A stretch of 64,000 bases of DNA from Thermoanaerobaculia bacterium (GCA_963666565.1 OY762911.1:3904001-3968000), one strand, 5' to 3'; shown: positions 1 through 9,227, counted from the first letter of the stretch. Numbers and translations are program-made. Notes: generated from the letters alone by a model not told the origin.

Positions 1-2
1 GG

Positions 3-623
3 AGCAAGAGAAAGGGCACGCTCGCGATCGCCGATCATCCCCGCCGCTACAACGTCGAGGTCCTCCCGACGAAGCCATTCCTCCTCGTCCCCGAGGTCAG
101 TTCCGAACGTCGGGACTACGTGCCCATCGGCTGGCTTGAACCGCCCACGATCCCGAGCAACCTGGTCCGCATCATCGAGGGCACCGACAAACCGCTGTTC
201 GCCCTCTTGACCTCCGCCATGCACATGGCCTGGCTGCGCCAGATCGGCGGCCGCCTGAAGAGCGACTACCGCTACTCCATCGGCCTCGTCTACAACACCT
301 TCCCGCCGCCTACCGCCGAGCCCGAGGCGCTCGAACGCCTGACGCCCCTGGCCGACGCCGTGCTCGCGGCCCGCGCTGCCCACCCCGGCGCCACCCTCGC
401 CGAGCTCTACGACCCGGACCTCATGCCCACGGACCTCCGCCGCGCCCACCAAGCGGTGGACCGCGCCGTCGATCGCCTCTACCGCCCGCGCCGATTCGAG
501 ACGGAGAGCGAGCGCCTCGCCCATCTCTTGGCCGCCTACGAACGCCTCCAGGCGCCGATCACGGCACGGGCCGTCGGCAAGCCGAGGCGCCGTCTGAGAG
601 GGAAGCGCACAAGAAGGCGATGA
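3..623 (+). CDS. MmeI-like (type IIL) restriction-modification enzyme, C-terminal part (gene starts upstream of window)
   Basis: Frame is open from base 3: LVPEVSSERRDYVPIG...LTSAMHMAWLRQIGGRLKSDYRYS..YNTFP...ATLAELYDPDLMP..LRRAH..VDRAVDRLY, typical of the MmeI/YeeA target-recognition and C-terminal region. Confidence 0.9.
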   Translation, partial: SKRKGTLAIADHPRRYNVEVLPTKPFLLVPEVSSERRDYVPIGWLEPPTIPSNLVRIIEGTDKPLFALLTSAMHMAWLRQIGGRLKSDYRYSIGLVYNTFPPPTAEPEALERLTPLADAVLAARAAHPGATLAELYDPDLMPTDLRRAHQAVDRAVDRLYRPRRFETESERLAHLLAAYERLQAPITARAVGKPRRRLRGKRTRRR

Positions 624-757
624 ACGGGCGCATTCGGCCCAAGCGCCAGCGTTCGCAGAGTTGTCGCAGAGGGAGCAGGTCGTGCTGCGAAGCGTCTCGG
701 CGTTCGCTTCTCGTGGACAGCAGGGACGGACTGCGGTTGCCTTTGATTGGGCAACGG

Positions 758-1372
758 TCAGCGTACGTCCGTGCCCACGCTTCCCGATTCCTCTCTCGGC
801 TTCCGAGGCGCCGAAAGGGCTCGCTGAGGTGGCAGCGTAGAGTGCTCCTCTTCAGATCTCGCATCGTCCGGTTTGGAGCCCTCAATCGTCGGCGGCACAG
901 CGGACGACATGCTCTTCCGCCGTTTCTCAGTCGGTTCACGCCGCGAAACAAACTGAGCTACCAAGGCCACGAGGGGCAGGAAGACCGCCAGGGCACCCCA
1001 CAGCGACTTGTCGTTTGCCAGCAGATAGCCGCCGAGCGCCAGCCCCGCCAACGCCACAATGAACGCGAAGACCTGACCGCGACTCTCCATCTTCTGGTCG
1101 TGCTCTTGGGCACTGCGCTGCACCTCGTGATCGTGCGCCTGCTGCTGCTCAGCAAGCTTGACAATGCGACCCCCAAGTCCCGCTTCAACTTCGTCATAGC
1201 CACTCAGGATCGAAGGTGCCGGAACCAGAGCGCTATGCGCCTGCAAGACATGCGTCTCGTCGGAACGACCAAGCTCAGTCGGCTCCAACCCGTCTGAAGG
1301 CACCTCTTCGGTCGACGGATGCGTTCCCGACGACACCGCCTCCTTGGCGGACCCCTGTTCTTGTTCTCCCAT
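758..1372 (-). CDS. DUF2335-family membrane protein
   Basis: P.P..L..YD.V..G...RIV.LAEQQQAH.H motif followed by two hydrophobic helices. Confidence 0.75.
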   Translation of the reverse strand: MGEQEQGSAKEAVSSGTHPSTEEVPSDGLEPTELGRSDETHVLQAHSALVPAPSILSGYDEVEAGLGGRIVKLAEQQQAHDHEVQRSAQEHDQKMESRGQVFAFIVALAGLALGGYLLANDKSLWGALAVFLPLVALVAQFVSRREPTEKRRKSMSSAVPPTIEGSKPDDARSEEEHSTLPPQRALSAPRKPREESGSVGTDVR

Positions 1373-1402
1373 GGTGACCCTGCCGGGCGCTGCACTCTCC
1401 GG

Positions 1403-2095
1403 CTAGTAGATGTGGAGCCGAAACTCGGCCTGACCTCGCGCCCCCCTCTCACCCGGATGCAACGCCCCGGCTTGAATCCTCTCGGCATCGACCTGCTTCA
1501 TGGCAGCCCGCAGATAGCCCCCTACAGCAATCCAATGCCGAACCAAAGCAGCCGAGCCGGCAGGGCGGACGTCCCGGGAAGGGCTCAAGGCACCTGACCA
1601 GTCGAAAGTTCGCGCCATGCCAAGCAGAAACGGCGACTTGGGCCGGCCTATGCGCGATACCTCGACCATCCCAGGTCGGATCGCCTCGGCCGCCATGTCG
1701 GGCGCATAGTCGTAGATGGACAACAACAGAGGCGAAAGGGCGAGCGAGAAGAGCCAATCGGAAGCTGCGGCCATGTATTGGCTCGTGCGTTCCGGCAGAG
1801 TAGCTGCAGCACGGTCGCCCCGCTCCAGGCCCTCCTCCGTCAGACCGTAGAGGCGGTAGCGCCGCGACTCGTCGATGATCGCCAGACCCTCGCTGGCCAA
1901 CTGCTCCACCTGGCCGTAGACGGCGGGGTCGAAGGGGCCGTAGCGGTACGGCTGGAAGTCGAAGTGGGGACAGCCGCTCTCGCCCTCCAGCTCGCGGTCA
2001 AGCAGAAAGAAGTACTTCTGCAGACGCACCGGGTCGAAGCGCGCGTTGGCGCCAGCGGCGGCCATTGCGGCCAAGACAAAGGTCGGTCGGTCCAT
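1403..2095 (-). CDS. Panacea/SocA(DUF4065)-like protein with an extra C-terminal segment
   Basis: RLQKYFFLL...FDFQPYRYGPF...VY..VE.L pattern; C-terminal FLLGMARTFDWSGAL...WIAVGGYLRAAM segment; start taken at ATG 2095. Confidence 0.55.
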   Translation of the reverse strand: MDRPTFVLAAMAAAGANARFDPVRLQKYFFLLDRELEGESGCPHFDFQPYRYGPFDPAVYGQVEQLASEGLAIIDESRRYRLYGLTEEGLERGDRAAATLPERTSQYMAAASDWLFSLALSPLLLSIYDYAPDMAAEAIRPGMVEVSRIGRPKSPFLLGMARTFDWSGALSPSRDVRPAGSAALVRHWIAVGGYLRAAMKQVDAERIQAGALHPGERGARGQAEFRLHIY

Positions 2096-2225
2096 GACGG
2101 GAGAATAGTGACACGCGAAGCGCCGTATGTCACACACGATCCCTGTCGCGCAGCTCCCCTGTTCGGCGCCGAGACCGGGAGACGCGGAGTCGCCCGGTGA
2201 CCCGGAAGGCCTTCTCCCGGAACCT

Positions 2226-3308
2226 CTACTCCGAACCCGAGCCAGATCCCGTGCTCGCCCCCTGGCCCTTCTTCTCGTAGTACTCCCGCTCCAGGATTCG
2301 GGCGCCGCGGAGGATGTTGCCCATCGCGTAGTTGCCTTCGTGGCAGGCGTACTCGTAGAGGAGATCGTCGGTTCCCGGCCAGATGAGTTCGCCGCTGTAG
2401 GGCGCTTCGTAGTCCGTGTCGTGGACGGTGAAGCCGTAGAGCAGGTCCTTCGGGCCGTGGCGGCTGAAGCGCTCGATGACCTTCAGGCCGTCGCGGGAGT
2501 CGCTCTGGCTGTCGAGGAAGTTCGTCGTTTCGACGACCAGGGTGTCGCCCTCCCACCAGCCGATCGAGTCGCCGCCCATGGAGCGGTACTCGGACGGCGC
2601 GTGTTCGGCGTTCAGGCGGACGACCTTCGCCCAGTGCATCCACTCGACGAGGATGACGACGTGGTCCTCGGTCTGCGTGATCGTCTTCAGGTTGTTGTAG
2701 GGCAGCGAGCGAACGGGCGTGGTGGCAACGCTGGTGTAGATGCAGCGGTCGCCAGGCGTCAGCGTCTCGGGGCCGTCGTAGGGATCGTCGCCGGCCTCGA
2801 TCCACCAGGCGTCGCCGGTGTTGCGGTACAGGTAGGGATTGACCCTGGCGCGCCGCGCCTTGCCGGCCTCGGTCAGCGCGGGCATGCGGCCGTTCGGCGG
2901 ATCGATGAGGACAGACGTACGGTACTGGCCGTCGATCGGATACGCCCGGTTGCCGAAGTCGAGCCAGAAGAAGTTGTAGCCGCCGACCGCGCCCGCCGCG
3001 CCGGCGGAGCCGTCGCCGCCCGGCGGCGGCGCCTCGCGGTCCGGATCGCTGACCGCGCTCGCCGCGGCGTCGGCCGCCGCCATGCCGGCGGCGATCCGCT
3101 GCGCCTCCTCGGCGGTCATGAACTGCTTGTCGCCGAGCCGCGGATCCCGCTCGAATGGCGTCAGATTGGCGACGTCGTAGTTGCCGGAGAGGTCCGGCCG
3201 GCCGCTGGCCGTCCGCGGGAAGTCCTCGTCGCCGGCTGCGGACAGCGGCGCCGCCAGAAACGACGCGAGGACGAGAGCGATGAACGGGAGGTTCTTGCGG
3301 ATGGACAT
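2226..3308 (-). CDS. secreted hypothetical protein (GRPDLSG...EYACHEGN family)
   Basis: Signal peptide after ATG 3308 (GAGGAG upstream); motifs GRPDLSG, TSVLIDPPNGRMP, GDSIGWWEGDTLVVET, EYACHEGN; paralog at 51898. Confidence 0.8.
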   Translation of the reverse strand: MSIRKNLPFIALVLASFLAAPLSAAGDEDFPRTASGRPDLSGNYDVANLTPFERDPRLGDKQFMTAEEAQRIAAGMAAADAAASAVSDPDREAPPPGGDGSAGAAGAVGGYNFFWLDFGNRAYPIDGQYRTSVLIDPPNGRMPALTEAGKARRARVNPYLYRNTGDAWWIEAGDDPYDGPETLTPGDRCIYTSVATTPVRSLPYNNLKTITQTEDHVVILVEWMHWAKVVRLNAEHAPSEYRSMGGDSIGWWEGDTLVVETTNFLDSQSDSRDGLKVIERFSRHGPKDLLYGFTVHDTDYEAPYSGELIWPGTDDLLYEYACHEGNYAMGNILRGARILEREYYEKKGQGASTGSGSGSE

Positions 3309-3437
3309 GACGTTCTCCTCGCGGGAGGCAGGTTCTGGCCGATTCGGCTGTCGTGCTGGAACACGACCGAGACTAGCGCAAGCCTCCATGGAACTGGCTG
3401 CTCACAGTGGAACCGGCCTGCGGCCGGCGCGTCTTCG

Positions 3438-3480
3438 GGCCGCCTTCGGCGGCAGCGGGTCAGAGGACCCGCGCACCCGG
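3438..3480 (+). repeat. REP-like palindromic repeat (variant A)
   Basis: GGCCGCCTTCGGCGGCAGCGGGTCAGAGGACCCGCGCACCCGG, identical to 55211-55253. Confidence 0.9.
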
Positions 3481-3502
3481 TGTGCGGCCAGTTCCAAGCG
3501 CG

Positions 3503-4975
3503 TCAGCGCGGAGGCAGCCAGCCGCGGGGCGGCCGGAAGTAGACCTTGAAGTTCGCTTCCCGGCGGCGCTCCGAGGACAGGTTCTCGAAGACGCCGTAGA
3601 CGAACGTGCCGTTCTCGAGGCGATGGATCGCCGGGTTGCCACGCCAGGCGGCCTCGCCGATCTCGCACGGTTGCTCCGGCGGGCAGTTGCCGCGACTCTC
3701 GAGATCCGCGGCTTCGTACTGGAAGCCGACGAAGCGGGCCCCCTCGGGCAGGAAGACGCCGAGGACCTGGCACGAACGCTTGGGATCGACGACCGCCGGC
3801 AGCAGGTCCAGGACCTCGGAGCGGGCCTCGGCCGGCAGCAGCCGCAGCACGTCGTTGCCCGTCGGTTCGGCCAGCGAGCCGGCGTAGACCCGGAAGTCGG
3901 CCGGCAGCGACGCTTCGACGATCCCGGCCACCCGCTCCATTCGCTCGGCCAGATCGGCCGCGCACCCGACCGTCTCCGGCGTGCGCGGCGCCGCCTGCCA
4001 GTTGCTCGACACGGACCACTCGCCGGGTGCGCACTCCGGGCAGGCGCCGGCGCGCAGCAACGTGCGGTTCGGCAGCAGGCGAATCGGCTCGGGTTCGGGC
4101 GCGGGCTCGGGTTCGGGTTCGGGCGCCGGCTCGGGCACTGGCTCGGGCTCGGGTCCTTGCGCCGTCCTCGCAACTGCAGGCCGCAGCTCCGGCAGCGGCT
4201 CGGGAGTCGGCGACTCCGTTACTGGTTCAGGCGCCTCCGCGGGTACCGAGGCCACCGCGGCCTCCGGCGCTTCTTCGACCGGCGCCGCTTCGGCGACCGC
4301 AGTCCGGGGCGGCTCGTCCGCAGGCGCCGCGGGCTCGGTCTCCGCCTCGGGAGGATCAGCCGGCGGCACAACTTCGGCAACTGCCGCCGGAGGTATCTCC
4401 TCCACCAGGGGTGCCGGCTCTTCCGGGGCCGCCTGGTCTTCCCGCGGCGGTTCGACCACCCGCGCGACGTTCTCGCGCCGCAGCCGGCGCTCCCGCTGCT
4501 CCGCTCGCCGCTCGGCCCTCCGTTGAGCCCGGCTCATCGCCCGCGCCGAGCCGGCGCCGACCGCCGCCGTATCGATGCCCACGCTCGAGTAGCCGACGTT
4601 CATCGGCGCCCAGAAAGGCCCCGTTCGCTGGCGCGACGTGAACCCCACCTGCGGCCGCTTGCCGTCCTCCAGCTTGAGGTAGGAACTCACGATCATGAAC
4701 CCCTCGCGCCGCAATTCCACCTGCCACTCGCCGGCCGACAGGCCGGTGACCTCGACCACGCCGGACGCGTCGGTCAGCAGTGGAGGCGGTCCGCCGGAGC
4801 GCTCGGCCTCGGCCAGGAACGCGGCGACCGTCACCCCCGGCAGCGGCTGGCCCGCGTCGTCCGTGACGACCACCTGAAACCCGTTGCCGCCGCTCCACTC
4901 CTGGGCCGCCGCGACCGCCGGCGCAGCCGCCAGGATCGCCGCCAGGGTCAGCAGGCGCCGGCGGCGGATCGTCAT
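3503..4975 (-). CDS. exported protein: carboxypeptidase-regulatory-like beta domain, Pro/Glu-rich linker, Cys-rich C-terminal domain
   Basis: Signal peptide, VVTDDAGQPLPGVTV...TDASG...GL..G.W.V....GF motif, (PE)n linker; ATGA overlap with upstream gene. Confidence 0.7.
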   Translation of the reverse strand: MTIRRRRLLTLAAILAAAPAVAAAQEWSGGNGFQVVVTDDAGQPLPGVTVAAFLAEAERSGGPPPLLTDASGVVEVTGLSAGEWQVELRREGFMIVSSYLKLEDGKRPQVGFTSRQRTGPFWAPMNVGYSSVGIDTAAVGAGSARAMSRAQRRAERRAEQRERRLRRENVARVVEPPREDQAAPEEPAPLVEEIPPAAVAEVVPPADPPEAETEPAAPADEPPRTAVAEAAPVEEAPEAAVASVPAEAPEPVTESPTPEPLPELRPAVARTAQGPEPEPVPEPAPEPEPEPAPEPEPIRLLPNRTLLRAGACPECAPGEWSVSSNWQAAPRTPETVGCAADLAERMERVAGIVEASLPADFRVYAGSLAEPTGNDVLRLLPAEARSEVLDLLPAVVDPKRSCQVLGVFLPEGARFVGFQYEAADLESRGNCPPEQPCEIGEAAWRGNPAIHRLENGTFVYGVFENLSSERRREANFKVYFRPPRGWLPPR

Positions 4976-5223
4976 CCACGCGCCTCCGGCGGTGTCACGT
5001 TCTTCTCGGGAGGCTTCTCCGCCGGCGCGCGCCGGTCCTTCCACAGGCCCGTCATCAGAGTGAGCAGGCCCAGAACGGCCTCGTCGAGCAGGGGTATGAA
5101 ATCGGGCACCACCAGATCGAGGGCGAACAGGATCGCCAACACGACGAAGAGCTGCGGGAAACGCAACCTCCCCAGGAACGGCAACAGCCTGGCGCCGACG
5201 CGCACGGGATTGGGACCGGCCAT
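4972..5223 (-). CDS. DUF6116-like small membrane protein
   Basis: RLRFPQLF....LF..DLVVPDFIPLLDE..LGLLTL pattern. Confidence 0.7.
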   Translation of the reverse strand: MAGPNPVRVGARLLPFLGRLRFPQLFVVLAILFALDLVVPDFIPLLDEAVLGLLTLMTGLWKDRRAPAEKPPEKNVTPPEARG

Positions 5224-5312
5224 CGTTGGAGACTCTATCGCCGGAGCGCAACGGCCCGATGCGTGAGGGCGGCGCGGTAACCTGCGTCGCGGTGAGCGAG
5301 AACGTTCTGTAC

Positions 5313-6056
5313 ATGGACACGGCGATCTTCGTCTACCCCGCGCTCGCCCTCGCCGGGTGCGTCGCCGGCGCCCTGAACGTGGTCGCGGGCGGCGGCTCCT
5401 TCCTGACGCTGCCGATCCTCATCTTCTTCGGGCTCCCTCCCGGAGTCGCCAACGGCACGAACCGGGTGGCGATCCTGCTCCAGAACGTCGTCGCCTCGTG
5501 GGGCTTCCACCGTCACGGCGTCTTGGACACGCGGGCGATCCTGTGGGCGGCGCTGCCCGCGACCGCCGGCGCCGGGCTGGGCGCCTGGGCCGCGCTCGTC
5601 ATCAGCGACGATGCCTTTCGCCGCGTGCTCGCGGGGCTGATGGTCGTCGTGACGCTCTGGACGCTCGTCTCGCGCCGAGCGGCACCCGAAGGGCAGCCGG
5701 CGTCGCTGCGCGTCGGGCTGCTGGCGCTCGGCTTCTTCGGCGTCGGCATCTACGGCGGGTTCGTGCAGGCGGGGGTCGGCTTCTTCATCCTCGCCGCGAC
5801 CTCGCTGGCCGGCCTCGACCTGGTGCGCGGCAACGCGGTCAAGGTGCTCAGCATTCTCTGCTTCACCGGGCTGTCGCTGCTGCTGTTCGCGCTCTCCGGC
5901 CGGGTCGACTGGGCCTTCGGCCTCGCCCTGGCGGCCGGCAACATGGCCGGCGGCTGGCTCGGCGTGCGGCTGACCGTGCTGAAGGGCCACGCCTGGGTGC
6001 AGCGGGTCGTGACGGTGACGGTGATCCTGTTCGCGGTCCGCCTCTGGTTCGGCTGA
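5313..6056 (+). CDS. sulfite exporter TauE/SafE family membrane protein
   Basis: AG.LNVVAGGGS..TLP.L...GLPP.VANGTN; GIYGGFVQAGVGF; about 8 TM segments. Confidence 0.9.
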   Translation: MDTAIFVYPALALAGCVAGALNVVAGGGSFLTLPILIFFGLPPGVANGTNRVAILLQNVVASWGFHRHGVLDTRAILWAALPATAGAGLGAWAALVISDDAFRRVLAGLMVVVTLWTLVSRRAAPEGQPASLRVGLLALGFFGVGIYGGFVQAGVGFFILAATSLAGLDLVRGNAVKVLSILCFTGLSLLLFALSGRVDWAFGLALAAGNMAGGWLGVRLTVLKGHAWVQRVVTVTVILFAVRLWFG

Positions 6057-6128
6057 AGGCGCTCGAAGGCCCGGAAGCCGGCGCGGCTATGCTCCGCGCC
6101 GCAATCTCAAGACAGGAGGAGACGAACC

Positions 6129-6899
6129 GTGGCATACGACGCATTCGATCTGAGCGGCAGCGTGGCGCTCGTAACCGGCGGAAACTCCGGCATCGGTCTG
6201 GGCTTCGCCGAGGGACTGGCGAAAGCCGGGGCCGACGTCTGCATCTGGGGCACGAACGAGGAGAAGAACGCCGCCGCGAAGGCGCAGTTGCAGCGGCACG
6301 GCGGCAGAGTCGAGGCGCTGCGCTGCGACGTCGGCGACGCCGACGCGGTGGCGGCCTCGTTCGTGCGCACGGTCGAGTTGCTCGGCAAGGTCGACTCTTG
6401 CTTCGCCAACGCCGGGATCGGCGGCCGCGGCACGCCGTTCGTCGACATGTCGATGGAGGAGTGGCGGCGGATCTTCCAGGTCAACATGGAGGGCGTCTTC
6501 ACGACCTTCCAGCAGGCCATCCGGCACATGGTCGAGCGCGGCGAGGGCGGTTCCCTGGTCGCCACCAGCAGCCTGTCGGCAGTGTTCGGCGCGCCGCGCA
6601 GCGAGCACTACGCGTCGACCAAGGCGGGGCTCAACGCGATGGTGCGCGGCCTGGCGGTCGAGCACGCGCGCCACGGCATCCGCGTCAACTCGGTGCTGCC
6701 CGGCTGGATCGAGACCGCGATGACCGAGCGTGCCATCGGCACCGAGGCCTTTCAGACCAAGGTGCTGCGCCGCGTGCCGGTGCGCCGCTGGGGCACGGGA
6801 GAGGACTTCAGCGGCATCGCCGTCTACCTGGCGAGCAAGGCGTCGAGCTACCACACCGGCGACGAGTTCATCATCGACGGCGGCTACGCCTGCTTCTAG
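6129..6899 (+). CDS. SDR family oxidoreductase
   Basis: TGGNSGIG, NAG, YASTK; AGGAGG RBS before GTG. Confidence 0.93.
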   Translation: MAYDAFDLSGSVALVTGGNSGIGLGFAEGLAKAGADVCIWGTNEEKNAAAKAQLQRHGGRVEALRCDVGDADAVAASFVRTVELLGKVDSCFANAGIGGRGTPFVDMSMEEWRRIFQVNMEGVFTTFQQAIRHMVERGEGGSLVATSSLSAVFGAPRSEHYASTKAGLNAMVRGLAVEHARHGIRVNSVLPGWIETAMTERAIGTEAFQTKVLRRVPVRRWGTGEDFSGIAVYLASKASSYHTGDEFIIDGGYACF

Positions 6900-6907
6900 G
6901 TCCAGCC

Positions 6908-7040
6908 GGGTGCGCGGGTCTTCCGACCCGCTCGCGCCGAAGGCGCCCAAGAACGTCGCCGGCTCTGCCGGCGTCCATCTTCTCCGGTCTCCGCCGCTCC
7001 GCAGCTTCGCCCGTGAGCGGGTCGGAAGACCCGCGCACCC
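6908..7040. repeat. inverted REP doublet (BIME-like) between convergent genes
   Basis: 6908-6933 is the exact reverse complement of 7015-7040 (26 bp). Confidence 0.85.
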
Positions 7041-7042
7041 AG

Positions 7043-7492
7043 CTAGCGCTCCATCGAGCGGAAGATGGGGACGACCACCTCGGGCATCCGGCAGTGGGCG
7101 CCGGACGCCTTGTCGACCCAGACGTGGTCCGTCCGGCCCTCGACCAGCACCCGTTCGTCGACCTCTACCCGGTAGCCGAAGCTCATCGCGCGGCTCTTCA
7201 GCCGGTCCAGCCAGCAGACGACCCGGACCCTGTCGCCGTAGCGGGCGCCGCCCCGGTACTTGAGCTGAACCCCGGTGACCATCAGGTAGTAGCCCTTGTC
7301 CTCGATCTTCCGGTAGGCCATGCCCGCTGCGCGGCAGTGATGGGTGCGGGCGAGTTCGAGCCACACGAGGTAGTTCGAGTGGTGGACCACTCCCATCTGG
7401 TCGGTTTCCTTGTAACGAACCTCGACTTCGATCTCGCTGGCGGGTACGTCCCCACCGGCGGCGTTCACGGCAGTGCCTGTCATCCCGTTCAT
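7043..7492 (-). CDS. acyl-CoA thioesterase (YbgC/4HBT hotdog family)
   Basis: VRYKETDQMGVVHHSNYLVWLELART; ATGA overlap with GT2 stop. Confidence 0.9.
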   Translation of the reverse strand: MNGMTGTAVNAAGGDVPASEIEVEVRYKETDQMGVVHHSNYLVWLELARTHHCRAAGMAYRKIEDKGYYLMVTGVQLKYRGGARYGDRVRVVCWLDRLKSRAMSFGYRVEVDERVLVEGRTDHVWVDKASGAHCRMPEVVVPIFRSMER

Positions 7493-8265
7493 GTCGGCCC
7501 GCGACTGTAGCGGAGAACGGTGATGACGATCTTCCAGCCGGCGCGCACGGTGCCCGAGACCGTGCCGGTGATCTTGGAAACCCCCGTCCGGCGGCGGTAG
7601 CTGACCGGCGCCTCGGCCACCCGCAGGCCCCGCCGCAGCGCCTTGACCTGCATCTCGGCGGTCCAGCCGAAGTCCGGGTCCGCCATGCCGAGCGACTCGA
7701 GCGCAGGCCACGAGACGGCGCGGAACGGCCCCAGGTCGGTGTAGCGGTGGCCGTAGAGCAGCCGCACGAGCAGGCAGGCGAGCCGGTTTCCCCATCGCGC
7801 CTGGGGCAGCAGGGCGCCCGGTTCGGCCTCTCCCAGCAGCCGGGAGCCGATGACCAGGTCGGCCTCGCCGCGCGCGATGGGCTCGACGAGGCGCGGCATC
7901 TCCTCCGGGTGATCCGAGTAGTCCGCGTCCAGGAAGACGACGATCTCCGGCGGCCCGGTGCGCCGCAGGCGGTCGAGCCCGGCCAGACAGGCGCTGCCGT
8001 AGCCCTGAACCGGCGCCGGCACGACCTCGGCGCCCGCTTCCCTGGCCCGCGCCGCCGTCCCGTCGCGGCTGTTGTTGTCGGCCACCACGACGCGGCGGAC
8101 AAGACCGGCCGGGATGTCCCCAAGCACCAGAGCGATCGAGTCTTCCTCGTTGAAGGCCGGAATGACGACGTCGACGGTCGGAGCGCCGGCCGCGGGCCGT
8201 TCCGGTGGTGGCCGTTCCGGTGCGAGTCGTTCCGGCGCGGTCGCCCCTCGACCGGCGCCGGTCAC
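7489..8265 (-). CDS. glycosyltransferase family 2 (DPM1-like)
   Basis: VVIPAFNEE, DNNSRDGT, GYGSAC, FLDADYS (DxD), LVIGSR. Confidence 0.92.
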   Translation of the reverse strand: MTGAGRGATAPERLAPERPPPERPAAGAPTVDVVIPAFNEEDSIALVLGDIPAGLVRRVVVADNNSRDGTAARAREAGAEVVPAPVQGYGSACLAGLDRLRRTGPPEIVVFLDADYSDHPEEMPRLVEPIARGEADLVIGSRLLGEAEPGALLPQARWGNRLACLLVRLLYGHRYTDLGPFRAVSWPALESLGMADPDFGWTAEMQVKALRRGLRVAEAPVSYRRRTGVSKITGTVSGTVRAGWKIVITVLRYSRGPT

Positions 8266-8290
8266 GGGGCGGCACCCGGCGCCGCGACGG

Positions 8291-9187
8291 TCACAGGGTG
8301 ACGCCGAAGCGGTTCCGCAGCGCGAACGCGAACGCGAGGGAGAGGATCAGGAAGGCGATCAGCCAGTGGACGTCGAACAGGCCGAAGAACGAGATGGAAG
8401 CCGTGGCGTACTGCACGTCGATCCGTTCGATCGGCCCGCCGCGCGGCAGCGAAGGCTCCGCCGGGTAGAGCAACTGGTCGAGAATCGCCGCCCGGCGCCT
8501 GGTCGGCGAGCGGCGCACCCAGCGCGAGCCCTCCTCCGGATCGGCGACGAAGAGGCTCTTCGTGAACGCCCCGCCGTCCGCGCGCACGACGAGCTCGTGC
8601 CGCCCCGGATCGTCCGCCCGCAGCCGCCAGACGACCTGCCGCAGGCTCGGCACCCAGACGCCGGCCGTCTCCACCGCGACTCCCGGCGGCGCCTCCAACT
8701 CCACCGCGGGCCGCGGCGACGCCGCAGCGTCGGCCGGCGATCCCGCCGCCGCCTCGCCGCCGGCGGTCGGTTCGGCGCCTTCGCCGGCCAGTTCGACGGT
8801 CAGTAGCGTACGCTCGCCCACTTCGAGACCGCCGTAGCCGTAGTGGAACTGCAACTGGGCGATCAGCAGCATGAACGGCACGATCATCCACAGCAGCGGA
8901 ACCAGGTTCAGCCGCAGGTAGGTCAGGTTCTCGCGCAGCAGACGAAGCTGGGCCGCCAGCACCGCCCGCAGGTCGTCGTTGAACAGCCGCACCTCGAGCA
9001 GGTGCCCGAACAGCCGCCGCTTGACCGCCGCGATCGCCGCCTGGTTCGATGTCCAGCGATAGACGAGCAGCGCGAAGATGCCCGAGACCAGCGCCACGAC
9101 GGTCACCGGCACGATCGGCGGCAGGCCAGCGAAGGGCCGGAGCGCCACGTCGAAGACGGCGCGAAGGGCGGCGTTCAGAAGGGACAT
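8291..9187 (-). CDS. membrane protein, EMC3/TMCO1/DUF106-like (Oxa1 superfamily-like)
   Basis: TM1, coiled-coil segment, TM2 (VPLLWMIVPFMLLIAQL), beta-rich insert, TM3 (HWLIAFLILSLAFAFALRNRFGV); CDS is solid, family assignment is inferred. Confidence 0.6.
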   Translation of the reverse strand: MSLLNAALRAVFDVALRPFAGLPPIVPVTVVALVSGIFALLVYRWTSNQAAIAAVKRRLFGHLLEVRLFNDDLRAVLAAQLRLLRENLTYLRLNLVPLLWMIVPFMLLIAQLQFHYGYGGLEVGERTLLTVELAGEGAEPTAGGEAAAGSPADAAASPRPAVELEAPPGVAVETAGVWVPSLRQVVWRLRADDPGRHELVVRADGGAFTKSLFVADPEEGSRWVRRSPTRRRAAILDQLLYPAEPSLPRGGPIERIDVQYATASISFFGLFDVHWLIAFLILSLAFAFALRNRFGVTL

Positions 9188-9227
9188 CGGCGGCTGAGGC
9201 GGCGGCGGAAACGAGCGAACTGGGCGG

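Noticed and set aside
4085-4155. Tandem GGCTCG/GGTTCG hexamer repeats
   Set aside because: Simply encode the (PE)n linker of the 3503-4975 protein
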